From contig JAJYSJ010000002.1 of the NCBI GenBank assembly GCA_021793645.1, positions 144,753-208,752 on the forward strand: a DNA stretch of 64,000 nt, read 5' to 3'. Origin of the DNA: Bacillota bacterium. GTDB taxonomy: Bacteria > Bacillota > Sulfobacillia > JAJZYS01 > JAJYTV01. Positions within the stretch are counted from its first letter, which is position 1; each line of letters starts with the position of its first letter. Made by a program: the position numbers and the translations under genes. Under the pieces are notes generated by a model. The model saw only the letters and a program-made list of their open reading frames with translations, was not told the DNA's origin and did no database searches. Of the stretch, positions 28,396-37,460 are shown piece by piece.

Positions 28396-28983
28396 CTACT
28401 CCCCGTTGGCCCCCTGACCACCGACCGCTTGCAACTCCCTGCGCATCAAGACGCGTGCCTCAGGCTTGCGTCGCCTGATCTCGACGAACTGAAGTTCTGC
28501 GAACATCCCTGTGGTGCCCGTATAGGACGATGACGCCGAGCGCCTGCGCACAGCGGGATCGCGTGGCACCCCCTCGATCGCAGACGCGCCGTGAGTGGCG
28601 GCAAGCTCGACTGCTGCCCGCAGAAGGCCCTTCGCGATGCCCTGCCCCCGCTGGTTCTCGCAAACGAAGAAGCAGGGCACCGCCCAGACCCCCGCGCGCT
28701 CGTCGATGGGCCCCGTGTCGCGACCCCGCTGCAGGCGCGGGTAGTCCTCGCGCGGGCCGAGCGCCGCCCAGCCGACCGGCTCGCCGTCCCTGTAGGCGAT
28801 CAGCCCCGGGGGGCGCTTGGAGCCCTCGATGAGCTCCTTGGCCCGCTCTCTGGCACTTGACGTCGACTTTGTTCCTTCGTCGCGCCACCACATGCACCAG
28901 CACGAGCGATTGGGTCCCATCTGCCGGCAGATCTGTGCGAAGTCCTCCCAGCGCTCCGGGGTCAGTGGTCTGATATCGAGCAT
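28396..28983 (-). CDS. GNAT-family N-acetyltransferase
   Basis: Acetyl-CoA binding motif (QRGQGIAKGLLRAAVELA) in a GNAT-sized protein. Start at MLDIRPLT; the upstream 49 codons of the track ORF were judged non-coding. Confidence 0.75.
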   Translation of the reverse strand: MLDIRPLTPERWEDFAQICRQMGPNRSCWCMWWRDEGTKSTSSARERAKELIEGSKRPPGLIAYRDGEPVGWAALGPREDYPRLQRGRDTGPIDERAGVWAVPCFFVCENQRGQGIAKGLLRAAVELAATHGASAIEGVPRDPAVRRRSASSSYTGTTGMFAELQFVEIRRRKPEARVLMRRELQAVGGQGANGE

Positions 28984-29290
28984 CACCTGCTCCCCTTTCG
29001 CCCTTTTGGTTCGCGAGTGCCCGTGCCGCCCCTCCCCAATTGCTGGGGAAACTCGAGCTTCCGTGATAGAAGTCAGTGTACCGGAGTGAAAGTTGGAGAA
29101 GATTCGCCGGTGGGCGTAGATCTTGGCCATGAATTGCTGGCTGAAATAGCGGCGGGTGGCGGCGGCCCGCTCGTGGACCCCCGGCCCGCACCCCCCTCGT
29201 TTACACCGCGATAAGGGCCGCAGGCAGGGTCCGGAAGGGGTATGAACAGTTCGCTTGAAACCGATTCAGACCTTATCTAAACTTATCACT

Positions 29291-29917
29291 ATGGAGAGAT
29301 ATGTTGGGATAGGCGAGGCAGCCAAAGCGTTAGGTGTATCCATCACGACGCTCAGGCGGTGGGAAGTACAGGGCAAGCTGATTCCCGAACACACGGCCGG
29401 AAGGCACCGCCGCTATGACCTGGCCAAGCTCAGGCCGGAGATGCACCGCAGCACTCCCGATGAGCGGCGGACGATCGCGTACGCCCGCGTATCCAGCCAC
29501 GACCAGAAGGACGATCTGGAACGGCAGAAGCAGGTTCTGGAGCTGTACTGCGCTCGCCAGGGCTGGACGTTCGAGATGGTGTCGGACCTTGGATCGGGGA
29601 TGCATTACCAGAAGAAGGGTCTCAGGCGTCTCCTCGGCGAAATCCTCGACGGCCACGTGAGCCGGTTGGTGCTCACCCACAAGGACAGACTGCTGCGCTT
29701 CGGCGCGGAACTCGTCTTCGCCATCTGTGAGGCCAAAGAGGTGGAAGTCGTCATCCTCAACCAGGGCGAGGACACAACCTTTGAAGAGGATCTGGCCAAA
29801 GACGTTCTGGAGATCATTACGGTGTTCTCGGCCAGGCTCTACGGACGTCGCTCCCGCAGGAACCAGAAGCTGCTCGACGGTGTGCGCAGGGCGGTCGAGG
29901 AGGCGCAGGAATGCTGA
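29291..29917 (+). CDS. tnpA: IS607-family transposase TnpA (MerR-like HTH + serine recombinase)
   Basis: N-terminal MerR-type HTH (YVGIGEAAKALGVSITTLRRWE) and a serine-recombinase catalytic region (IAYARVSSHDQ). Confidence 0.85.
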   Translation: MERYVGIGEAAKALGVSITTLRRWEVQGKLIPEHTAGRHRRYDLAKLRPEMHRSTPDERRTIAYARVSSHDQKDDLERQKQVLELYCARQGWTFEMVSDLGSGMHYQKKGLRRLLGEILDGHVSRLVLTHKDRLLRFGAELVFAICEAKEVEVVILNQGEDTTFEEDLAKDVLEIITVFSARLYGRRSRRNQKLLDGVRRAVEEAQEC

Positions 29918-31119
29918 TGGCGCACAGGATCGCACTCAATCCCAACCGAAGGCAGGCGACGTACTTCGCAAAGGCGGCGGGGACGGCGCGATTCGCGTAC
30001 AACTGGGCGCTTGCGGAGTGGGACCGTCAGTACACGGCGCACCGTGAGGATGCGTCCCTCCCTGCCCCCTCGCAGGGGGCCCTTCGTCGCCAGCTGAACG
30101 CGATCAAGCGTACGGAGTTCCCGTGGATGCTTGAGGTGACAAAGAACGCACCCCAGATGGCGATCATCCAGCTCGGACAGGCATTCCAGAACTTTTTCGC
30201 AGGTCGAGCGAGACGCCCAAGGTGCCGAAGGAAGGGCGTCGACGATCACTTCACCCTGACGAATGATCAGTTTTGTGTGGCGGGGCGGCGCATCCGCATC
30301 CCGAACCTCGGATGGGTGCGCATGCGTGAGAAGCTGCGCTTCCAGGGTAAGATCGTGTCGGCCACGATCTCCCGAAGCGCGGATCGCTGGTTTGTCTCCA
30401 TCACCGTGGAGACGGACCAGGCTCCGAAGCGTCCTGCAGAACACCTGGGCGCGGTTGGTGTGGATCTCGGCGTACTCACCCTTGCAACGCTCTCGACGGG
30501 GGAGCGGATCCCTGGTCCGAGGGTGCTCAGGAAGCGGGTTGGACAGCTTCGCCGCCTGTCGCGGAGTCTCAGCCGCAAGCAGAGGGGATCGAAGAACCGT
30601 GCCAAAGCGAGAGCCAAGCTGGCACGTCTTCATGCCCGGATCGCCGATATCCGGCTGGACTCCCTGCATAAGCTCACTTCGGACCTCGCGCGCCGCTTCG
30701 ATGTGATCGGCATCGAGGACCTGAACGTTCGAGGCATGGTGCGCAACCACCGCCTTGCCCGCTCGATCGCCGACATGGGCCTTCGCGAACTGCGCAGGCA
30801 GCTCGAGTACAAGGCCGCGCGGCGCGGAGCCGTCGTAGTGGTGGCGGATCGCTTCTTTCCGAGCAGCAAGCGCTGCTCTGCCTGCGGCTACATCCAAAAC
30901 GAGATGCCGCTGTCGGTACGCTTGTGGACATGCCCGGCTTGCCGCATCACACACGACCGGGACCTGAATGCGGCAGTCAACCTGGCCCAATACGCCGTGA
31001 GTTCCACGGTGTCTGCCTGTGGAGGGGAAGGCTCTGGCGACGGTCATCCGGCTGTAGCGAAACCAGCCCCGGCGAAACAGGAAGTTAGCGCCAAGATACC
31101 CTTGCGTAGTTTTGGATAG
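29911..31119 (+). CDS. tnpB: TnpB (OrfB, RuvC-like RNA-guided endonuclease)
   Basis: RuvC-I (GVDLGV), RuvC-II (IGIEDLNVRGM) and a C-terminal zinc finger (CSACGYIQN..CPACRITHDRDLNAAVNL). Confidence 0.9.
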   Translation: MLMAHRIALNPNRRQATYFAKAAGTARFAYNWALAEWDRQYTAHREDASLPAPSQGALRRQLNAIKRTEFPWMLEVTKNAPQMAIIQLGQAFQNFFAGRARRPRCRRKGVDDHFTLTNDQFCVAGRRIRIPNLGWVRMREKLRFQGKIVSATISRSADRWFVSITVETDQAPKRPAEHLGAVGVDLGVLTLATLSTGERIPGPRVLRKRVGQLRRLSRSLSRKQRGSKNRAKARAKLARLHARIADIRLDSLHKLTSDLARRFDVIGIEDLNVRGMVRNHRLARSIADMGLRELRRQLEYKAARRGAVVVVADRFFPSSKRCSACGYIQNEMPLSVRLWTCPACRITHDRDLNAAVNLAQYAVSSTVSACGGEGSGDGHPAVAKPAPAKQEVSAKIPLRSFG

Positions 31120-31162
31120 GTCTAACGGAACGGCGAGAGACATCCTGTGCTAGAAGCTCTCC

Positions 31163-31320
31163 GAGACACGCTTGCTAACGGTTTGCTAACGCTTTTTGAG
31201 AGAAACGGCGGCATACGGCGGGAAACGACGGGAAAGCATTGGCCCAAAAACCGCTTCAGAACGCCATTGCGGCAAGTCACGGGATACCACGGAAAGCCCT
31301 CTCCTTGCCTCCGGAGCAAG
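31163..31320 (+). repeat. copy A of the right-end / omegaRNA-scaffold-like repeat directly after tnpB
   Basis: ttgctaacgctttttgagagaaacggcgg...gggaaacgacgggaaagc..ccgcttcagaa..ggaaagccctctccttgcctccggagca, with structured stem-loops. It ends exactly where the partial tRNA-Arg copy begins. Confidence 0.5.
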
Positions 31321-31437
31321 AGGCCGCAGGTTCGAATCCCGCCGGGCGCGCCAAGTTTGAAGCCCCGCAACCCGCTCCAGGAGCGGATTACAGAACCGAG
31401 GCACTCTTGATGTAGTGCCTCGGTTTCTGCTCTTGCT
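31304..31437 (+). repeat. direct repeat of the tRNA-Arg(CCG) 3' half (anticodon arm to CCA) plus ~85 nt of tRNA-downstream sequence; candidate att site
   Basis: cttgcctccggagcaagaggccgcaggttcgaatcccgccgggcgcgccaagtttgaa[g]ccccgcaacccgctccaggagcggattacagaaccgaggcactc matches 24081-24189 with 1 mismatch. Homology continues through the terminator hairpin with a diverged loop. Confidence 0.8.
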
Positions 31438-31774
31438 AACGCTTTTTCTTGGTTCCAGTTTGGCGGTTTCCAGTTCGCGTGCCGCTGATCACTGCGTCCA
31501 GCCTGTTCGCTGCCTCACGTTGCAGGTTCGGTAGGACACGGCTGTATGTGTCCATGGTCATGTCGATACGGCTGTGGCCGAGACGCTCTTGGACGATTTT
31601 CGGGTGGACGCCCTCGGCCAGCAGAAGAGTCGCCATCGTGTGGCGCATGTCGTGTGGCCTGAAGTGCGATAAGCCAGCGCGCTTGAGTACGCGGGCGTAG
31701 TCGCGACCCTCCTGGACGCGCGGCGCGGGGGTGAGGCGAAGACCGTGATGGCGGATCTGGCTCTGAGCCTTCAC
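31436..31774 (-). pseudogene. tyrosine recombinase/integrase C-terminal fragment (5'-truncated)
   Basis: Only the last ~110 aa of a phage-integrase catalytic domain are present (HDMRHTMATLL ... LGHSRIDMTMDTYSRV, i.e. the His/Arg/Tyr region). No N-terminal domains lie upstream. Confidence 0.7.
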
Positions 31775-32021
31775 GAGAGCTCACTCCTCTTCAGGAACCC
31801 TTGGCCTCTACCGGCTGCGACCGAGCGCAGGCGTCCAAGGAGGAGCGCAGCCCGGGGGAGCCCGCAAGTGAAGCGAGCGGGTGCGGCTCCGAGGCGAGAC
31901 CTCCTTGACGCGAGCGAGAAGGATGCGGCACCGAAACGCAACTCGTGCAGCGTTTCGGGCAAACGGCACAGCAAAACAAAAGGCCGACGGAGTGCTGCTC
32001 CGGCGGCAGTCGGGACGGAAG

Positions 32022-32384
32022 TTAGAGATCGATCTCGGGATCTCGCTTTGTGGGTACCAGCTTCTCCAGCCTCGCATGCAACGGCGGCACATCTTTCGTC
32101 GCAATCTTCCACACGAGATCAAGCCGAACACTGGCATATCCGTGAATGAGCGTGTTGCGAAGATCCTTAACCACCCGCCACGGTATCTCCGCGTAGAGGG
32201 ATTGGTAGACTGGGCTCACTTTCGAGCCGGCCTCTCCGATGATCTCCAGTGCTCGGATCACCGCGTCCTGGGTGCGCTCATCGGCCTCGAACGCGGGCCA
32301 ATCGAACCCGGCAGTGTATCGTTCCACCTTGGCACAGGCGTCGCGCATGTTGCGGACGTACATCTCATCAGTGTGTAGCGACAT
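32022..32384 (-). CDS. hepT: HepT-like toxin (DUF86, nucleotidyltransferase substrate-binding/RNase domain)
   Basis: R-x4-H-x-Y motif (RNTLIHGY) in a 120-aa protein overlapping the mntA-like gene. Confidence 0.8.
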   Translation of the reverse strand: MSLHTDEMYVRNMRDACAKVERYTAGFDWPAFEADERTQDAVIRALEIIGEAGSKVSPVYQSLYAEIPWRVVKDLRNTLIHGYASVRLDLVWKIATKDVPPLHARLEKLVPTKRDPEIDL

Positions 32385-32682
32385 AGACGACCCTCCTGCG
32401 TCGGAGCACGTCCTCGGCGATGTATGGGCTCAGGGTGCTCTTCTCGATGAGATCGACCTGACGGTGGAACACCTCGTCCTCTAGCGCATGCTTCATCCTA
32501 ATGAAATCAAAAAGGCTCTCCACAGGGCTATCCTGCTCGAAGTCCACCAGTACGTCGACGTCGCTCTCTGCGGTGAAGTCATCGCGGAGGACCGAGCCGA
32601 ACAGGGCCAACTCCCGGACCTTGAAACGCTGGCACACCTGGGCAAGATTGGCCGCGTCCACTGCGGTCTGCACTCCCTCCAC
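32368..32682 (-). CDS. mntA: MntA-like minimal nucleotidyltransferase antitoxin
   Basis: NTase fold motif GS-x10-DxD (LFGSVLRDDFTAESDVDVLV). GTG start with a G-rich RBS; the longer track ORF is rejected. Confidence 0.7.
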   Translation of the reverse strand: MEGVQTAVDAANLAQVCQRFKVRELALFGSVLRDDFTAESDVDVLVDFEQDSPVESLFDFIRMKHALEDEVFHRQVDLIEKSTLSPYIAEDVLRRRRVVYVATH

Positions 32683-33327
32683 GATGCTTCCCCCCCCTTG
32701 GCCGCAGTATAGCATTGGTCCCTGGATGACGCATAAGTGCGGGAGCACGGGACATGACGATCGCCCTCCGCTACATTTGCGCAAAGCGTTTGGCCACTGG
32801 CTCACCTGGATGCAGCACGGTGCTGATCGGGACGAGGCTCTCGATATCGTTGAGCACCAAGCGGCCGTTAGGAAGCCGCCCGAAGTTTTCGGGGATGGCG
32901 TCGCCCACGCCGTCAGGCACGGCATGCTCCAGGCCTGCCGATCAGGGCCGCGAGCTTCTTAACCGCGGCGACATGAGCTGCCGCGCGAGGCGACGGCTCT
33001 TACCGGAACCCGTGGAGCCGACCAGCAGGGTGTGTTCGTCTCTCGTTGTGACCCAGTCCGTGGTGCCCGCGCGGCCGACGAGGACGCCGCTCTCCTTGGC
33101 GCCCGGACGCCAGGCGTTGAGCGTCCGCGTCATGTCGCCGGCCGTGCGCCTGTGTGCGGTGCCGTACTCGCCCTTGCCGGCTGCCTTGGGGCCGCCAGAT
33201 GCGACAGGGCTGGAACCACTCGCCAGCCGCCAGTTCCAAGCGAAACTCCGGTGCGTACGGCAGCCTCGACTTCGGCATCCTGGACGTCCTCCTCTCGATC
33301 TCCTAGACGCACGCCCGTGGGCCTTTG

Positions 33328-33368
33328 GGGACCCGCTCCGGAGCGAGGAAGGGGGCAACCTTCGGTTT
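33328..33368. repeat. 41-bp sequence forming a perfect inverted repeat with 42516-42556 (gggacccgctccggagcgaggaagggggcaaccttcggttt)
   Basis: Exact reverse-complement match read in both places. It contains the internal palindrome CCGCTCCGGAGCGG. Confidence 0.8.
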
Positions 33369-33499
33369 CCCCCTCGGACCCTCTTCCGTCCGGATGTGTA
33401 TCAACACATCACATCCCGGAACCGCCCACTCTCTCCCCAAGCGTTGCCTAGTTTCCAAAGAGTTCAGACTGTCCGCCTTACCGGAGAAAGCTCAGAAAC

Positions 33500-34295
33500 G
33501 CCCCAAAAGGCGATCGTTCCTATCGACCTGACGCCACCCATCGTGCAGGGGACAACCAACATCGCCCCCAATGCTAAGGGCTGGTTCCGCACGGACGTGA
33601 CCGTCGCGTGGAGCGCGACCGATCCGCCCTTGATCGACGGGCACGCGGGCTCGGGAGTGGCAGAGGTCTCGCCTCCGGTGACCATCACCCAGGAGGGCAA
33701 GGGCATAACGGTCACCGGACAGGCGACCGACAATGCTGGCAACGTCGGAACGGGCGAAATCTCCCTGAACATTGACAAGACGCCGCCTACGATCACCATT
33801 AGCGAACCCCAGTGGGGCAGCTATCTCGACGACCAGAACCTCACCCCATCCTTCTCGGCAGCCGACAGCCTCTCGGGAGTCGATACGGTGCAGGCGAGCG
33901 TCTACGGTCAATCGGTGACAAATGGCCAAACGATCCAGCTCTGGCAGCTCCCCCTCGGACAGGTTCCCTTCACGGTGACCGCCTCCGACAATGCCGGCAA
34001 CATTCCCAGCCAGACTGTCACATTCACGGTGACCACGAGCCTCGCAAGCTTGGAGGGCCTTGTCGGACAGTTCACGTCGATGGGGCTCATCACGGGCCAT
34101 GGGTTGGCCGAAAGTCTGACCGCAAAACTGCACGCAACCGAGGCGGCTCAGTCTCGAGGAGACTTGACGACGGCAGCGAATCAACTTGGTGCGTTCGTGA
34201 ACGAGGTTAACGCGCAGACGGACAAGGGAATCGCATCCGAAGCCGCAGCGGTGCTCCTGCGTGACGCGCAATATGTGCTCAATACCTGGGAGTGA
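33500..34295 (+). pseudogene. 3' fragment of a surface/cell-wall-associated protein gene (Ig-like repeats + C-terminal FIMAH-like domain)
   Basis: The downstream part of ORF 32754.. encodes repetitive beta-rich segments (TVTGQATDNAGNVGTG..FTVTASDNAGNIPSQ) and a helical tail (LTAKLHATEAA..LGAFVNEVNAQ). The upstream ~250 codons are R/P-rich non-coding-like sequence with no plausible start or signal peptide. Confidence 0.4.
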
Positions 34296-34858
34296 TAGAC
34301 CTCGTGGATATTCAGGCTGAGGGTAGCCCCCACAGGCGAACCGACCGCTGGGCAGTCCGCTCACTGTGGTTCGTCCTGCTAGCGTTGGCCGGATTCACCG
34401 CGTGGAGCTATGCGGAAGGCGGTTTGGTACCTGCGACGAGCTTTGCCGTAGGCGTACTGGTCGTCTGGATCCGGGGATTCCTGCAGAACGCTGTAGTCTT
34501 TGGCATCCTCTCACTGGCGCTTTCGGCATGGCCGGGAGGGCGTTCGTTCTGGCTTGGCACCACGGTGTTGTCGGTTCTCACGGCCATCCCCGTAGACTTC
34601 TACAACGCCGCGACAACCTCGTTCAACAACATCGCTGCCTCGCCGTTCTTCTCCCCCTTCACCCGTTTTCTTCTCTTGCACAGCTGGCTTGAGTTCGCTG
34701 CGTACGTCCTCCTGCTACTCGCCGTGACCACATGGGTTACGCTGTTGTACTTCCCTAAACTCCGCGGCTGGCGCTTTGCCGTCTTCTGGGTGGTGACGGT
34801 CGCCTCCGGCCTGGCGCTTCCCGCCGGGAGCTTCTGGCATGCAGTGCGACCTGGTTGA
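34292..34858 (+). CDS. hypothetical membrane protein (4-5 TM)
   Basis: Hydrophobic ORF overlapping the stop of the preceding fragment. No recognised family; start codon uncertain. Confidence 0.4.
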   Translation: MIDLVDIQAEGSPHRRTDRWAVRSLWFVLLALAGFTAWSYAEGGLVPATSFAVGVLVVWIRGFLQNAVVFGILSLALSAWPGGRSFWLGTTVLSVLTAIPVDFYNAATTSFNNIAASPFFSPFTRFLLLHSWLEFAAYVLLLLAVTTWVTLLYFPKLRGWRFAVFWVVTVASGLALPAGSFWHAVRPG

Positions 34859-34897
34859 GCAATGGTTCGCCGACGGCGGGTGGACAAGTACATGGCG

Positions 34898-35110
34898 CTA
34901 GTGGACGATGACTGCCCTCCCCAGTGCCAGCGCGTCGTCGATGCCCTTCCCCTCCTTCCATGGGGCCGTTAGCGCCCGCACTCCGAACACCTGAAGCGCC
35001 TCCCGAAACTCGGCGAGGTTGCGCTCCACCGCCCTGCGCGTCTCCTCGCGCTCGTCCTGGTCGAAGGCCAGAATGACACGCTCGGCACCGCTCTCCTGCA
35101 CCACCGGCAC
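34898..35110 (-). pseudogene. Toprim-domain (primase-like) gene fragment
   Basis: VILAFDQDEREETRRA ... GKGIDDAL resembles the Toprim DxD and GKDWND region of DnaG-like and plasmid/phage primases. Only 70 codons. Confidence 0.35.
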
Positions 35111-35119
35111 GCCGATCTG

Positions 35120-35923
35120 CTGGGCGCGGCCACGCTCACTGCGGGGCTCGCTTGTCTGCTGGCGGCCCTGGTAACAGCCGGTCAGGGATGGGGCCAGCCC
35201 CGTGTTCTGGAGCTAGTCGCGGCCTCCGCCGCACTCCTGGTGGTGTTCTGGAGGATTGAGGCTGCCGCTGACAGGCCGATGCTGGATCCTAGGCTGTGGC
35301 GCCGCCCCGTGTTCGTGGCGGCGACCTTGGCCGCCCTGTTCACTGGACTCTCGGTGATCGGCCTCATGAGTTACCTGCCCACCGTGCTGGAGCGGGTGAT
35401 CGGCCTGACGCCGTGGGCGACAAGCCAGCTGTTCGCGCTCTGGGCCGGCACGTCGTTCGTCGCCACCATGTTGGCCCGCCGACGCGGGTTCGGCCTCCAC
35501 GGTCACCGCAGCGTCGTTGTCGGCCTCGCCGTCTCGGCTGCCGGGGATCTCGCCTTGTGGGGCTTGACTCGGAGTGCCGGCGTCTGGCACCTCATTCCGG
35601 GTCTAGTGGTCTCGGGCGTCGGTTACGGCCTACTAAACGCCGTGATCGGGCGACTCGCCCTGGAGAGCGTCCCGGACCGCGGCAGCACAGGTTCGGGAGT
35701 GAACAATGCTACCCGCTACATCGGCTCGGGCATCGGCGTCACGCTTCTGATGGCGGTAAGCCGTCCCTCCGTCGGGCCCGCGGCCACGATGGTGCACGAC
35801 CCGAATCTCGCACTCGTCATCGGCGCCGCCATCGCCGTCCTTGGCGCGGTGTCGATCGCCACCGTGCGAGACACGCCACAATCCGTCGTACTTGCCGCAC
35901 AGGCCCAGGCTCCTAATGACTGA
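35120..35923 (+). pseudogene. 5'-truncated MFS (DHA2/EmrB-like) transporter gene; only the C-terminal ~6 TM helices remain
   Basis: The reading frame continues upstream of the annotated M without any start and abuts the Toprim fragment. The C-terminal half of a 14-TM drug-efflux-type MFS is recognisable. Confidence 0.5.
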
Positions 35924-36411
35924 CGGGCGAAGGTCGTCCAGACACGGGGACCCTCCCGCCGCGCGCCCCCAGGCGTATCGTCCCGGCTATTGCTCGCAAC
36001 GAATGCGCGCGCTATGGCCAGGCCCCTGCGAGTCGCGAAGGTCGCGTAGGCCCGTATGGCGAGGGTCCCCATGGCCTTCACCTTGACCTACACTGCGCAG
36101 CCAGGCTCACGGCGTTGGGAATCTGGGTGAAGCCGCCGGCCAAGCGTAGATCCGTACTCGGCGCAAAGAACACAGCGCGTTGCGGTTCGTCTGGTAGCAC
36201 CGCACCACCCCCTGACAAAAAGAAAGCCGGTACCGCCGACGGCAGGTGCCCGGTACTAATAGCAGCTTTCGAAGAAGAGATGCCCCTCACACCGCTTCAG
36301 GAAATTTCCGGATTGCCGGTGTGCGGAACTCCCCGTCGCACCCGTCTGGGGCCCCACGGATAAGCAGAGTTCGGAGCCCATCGAGGACCGAAGCTGGAAA
36401 CGCCTCAAGGC

Positions 36412-36552
36412 GCATTTGCTAACGCTTTTTTTGAGAGAAACGGCGGTAAGTAGCGGGAAACGACGGGAAAGCGTTGTCCCGAAACCCGCTTCAGAAGGGC
36501 GTTGCAGCAAACTGCAGGATGGCGCGGAAAGCCCTCTCCTTGCCTCCGGAGC
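36412..36552 (+). repeat. copy B of the right-end / omegaRNA-scaffold-like repeat (orphan, no adjacent tnpB)
   Basis: tttgctaacgctttttttgagagaaacggcggtaagtagcgggaaacgacgggaaagcgttgtcccgaaacccgcttcagaag...ggaaagccctctccttgcctccggagca aligns with copy A over ~140 nt. It overlaps the 3' end of the disrupted RibD_C gene. Confidence 0.5.
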
Positions 36553-37384
36553 AGCCGCTGGGATAACCGGGACCAGTCAGGAGAACTACTCCCAGGGTCT
36601 TTGCACCCGTGACACATTCCCCGGGCTTCCCTTGTATGGTGATTCCGGAGAGCTTGGCTCCGGTGGTTCGAGACGATGTTGGTAAGGCGCTTGGAAGAGG
36701 GGTTAGGGGGGAACCGAAAAAGGTGTCCCCCCTCCCGCGGGCCGCGGCCAACGGAATATCCAGCCAGGCAGACACGGCTTCTTCGGAATCTCCGCCCTTC
36801 AGGGCGGGGAGGTTCAAATGGATCTCATCGAGGAGCCCTGCTCTGAGGCACTGCTGGGCGACGTCTGCCGATCCGACCGCAATGGTGCGTTCGCCGGCGG
36901 CGCGTCGCGCCAGTTTGAGTGCGCTCTCTAGCCCATCCGTCACGACAGTCCCGCCGGTGCCAGGTCCCACCCAACGCTGGGGCGGAGTGTGCGTGAGCAG
37001 GAAGAATGGAGCGCCGCTTGGGTGGTGTCCTCCCCATCCGTTGGCGATATCGAACGTGCGCCGACCCGTGAGGATCGCCCCGCAGTCGAACATCTCCCTC
37101 ACCCCTTACAGGCTGCGTTCCGGCGGTCTGACGCGGTTGTCATCACCGAGACGCCGCGTGCCGGCTGTCCACCATGCGAAGGGCTTGGCGCCACCGTCGC
37201 CCAGCGGATTGTCCGGACCATCATTCGGGCCGGCGACGAATCCATCCAAAGACACTGTCAGGTCCACCACGACCTTGCCCATGTTGCCCCTCCTCACCTC
37301 CGAGCACCTAGCGCCCTCTCGGGCGGTCCAGGATCCGGCATTCGGCTTGCTTGCGTGCTGGCTTTGGCCGATGCGCTTGCACAT
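36491..37384 (-). pseudogene. disrupted dihydrofolate reductase-family (RibD_C) gene: in-frame TAA after codon ~92 and altered C-terminus
   Basis: The N-terminal part (MGKVVVDLTVSLDGFVAGPNDGPDNPLGDGGAKPFAWW) and the continuation (..FDCGAILTGRRTFDIANGW..GGTVVTDGLESALKLARRAAGERTIAVGSADVAQQCLRAGLLDEIHLNL) are in the same frame, separated by a single TAA (37106-37108). The expected RibD_C C-terminus is replaced where repeat copy B begins. Confidence 0.6.
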
Positions 37385-37460
37385 CAGTCATCCACCGGCC
37401 GATCGCCATGGGGTGACGCGTCATCCGGCTTTGGTGACCGTCATTACGGAGCCCTGTCCG

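Larger units (their letters stand above)
29230..31320 (+). mobile_element. IS607-family (IS200/IS605 superfamily) element: tnpA (serine recombinase) + tnpB + right end
   Basis: Adjacent, slightly overlapping tnpA and tnpB genes followed by a structured right-end repeat. The left boundary is approximate. Confidence 0.6.

Noticed and set aside
33327-33364. Interpretation of the 41-bp inverted repeats as Tn3-family 38-bp terminal IRs (one copy begins GGGG)
   Set aside because: No Tn3-type transposase or resolvase lies between or near them. The second copy begins GGG rather than GGGG, and the ends lack the typical ...TAAG terminus. They are kept as an unexplained IR pair rather than an assigned transposon family.
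32754-33499. N-terminal ~250 codons of the 513-aa ORF containing the surface-protein fragment
   Set aside because: The upstream portion is R/P/S-rich with no signal peptide or start context and spans the 41-bp inverted repeat. Only the downstream repeat-containing part looks like genuine coding sequence, so it is called a 5'-truncated pseudogene instead.
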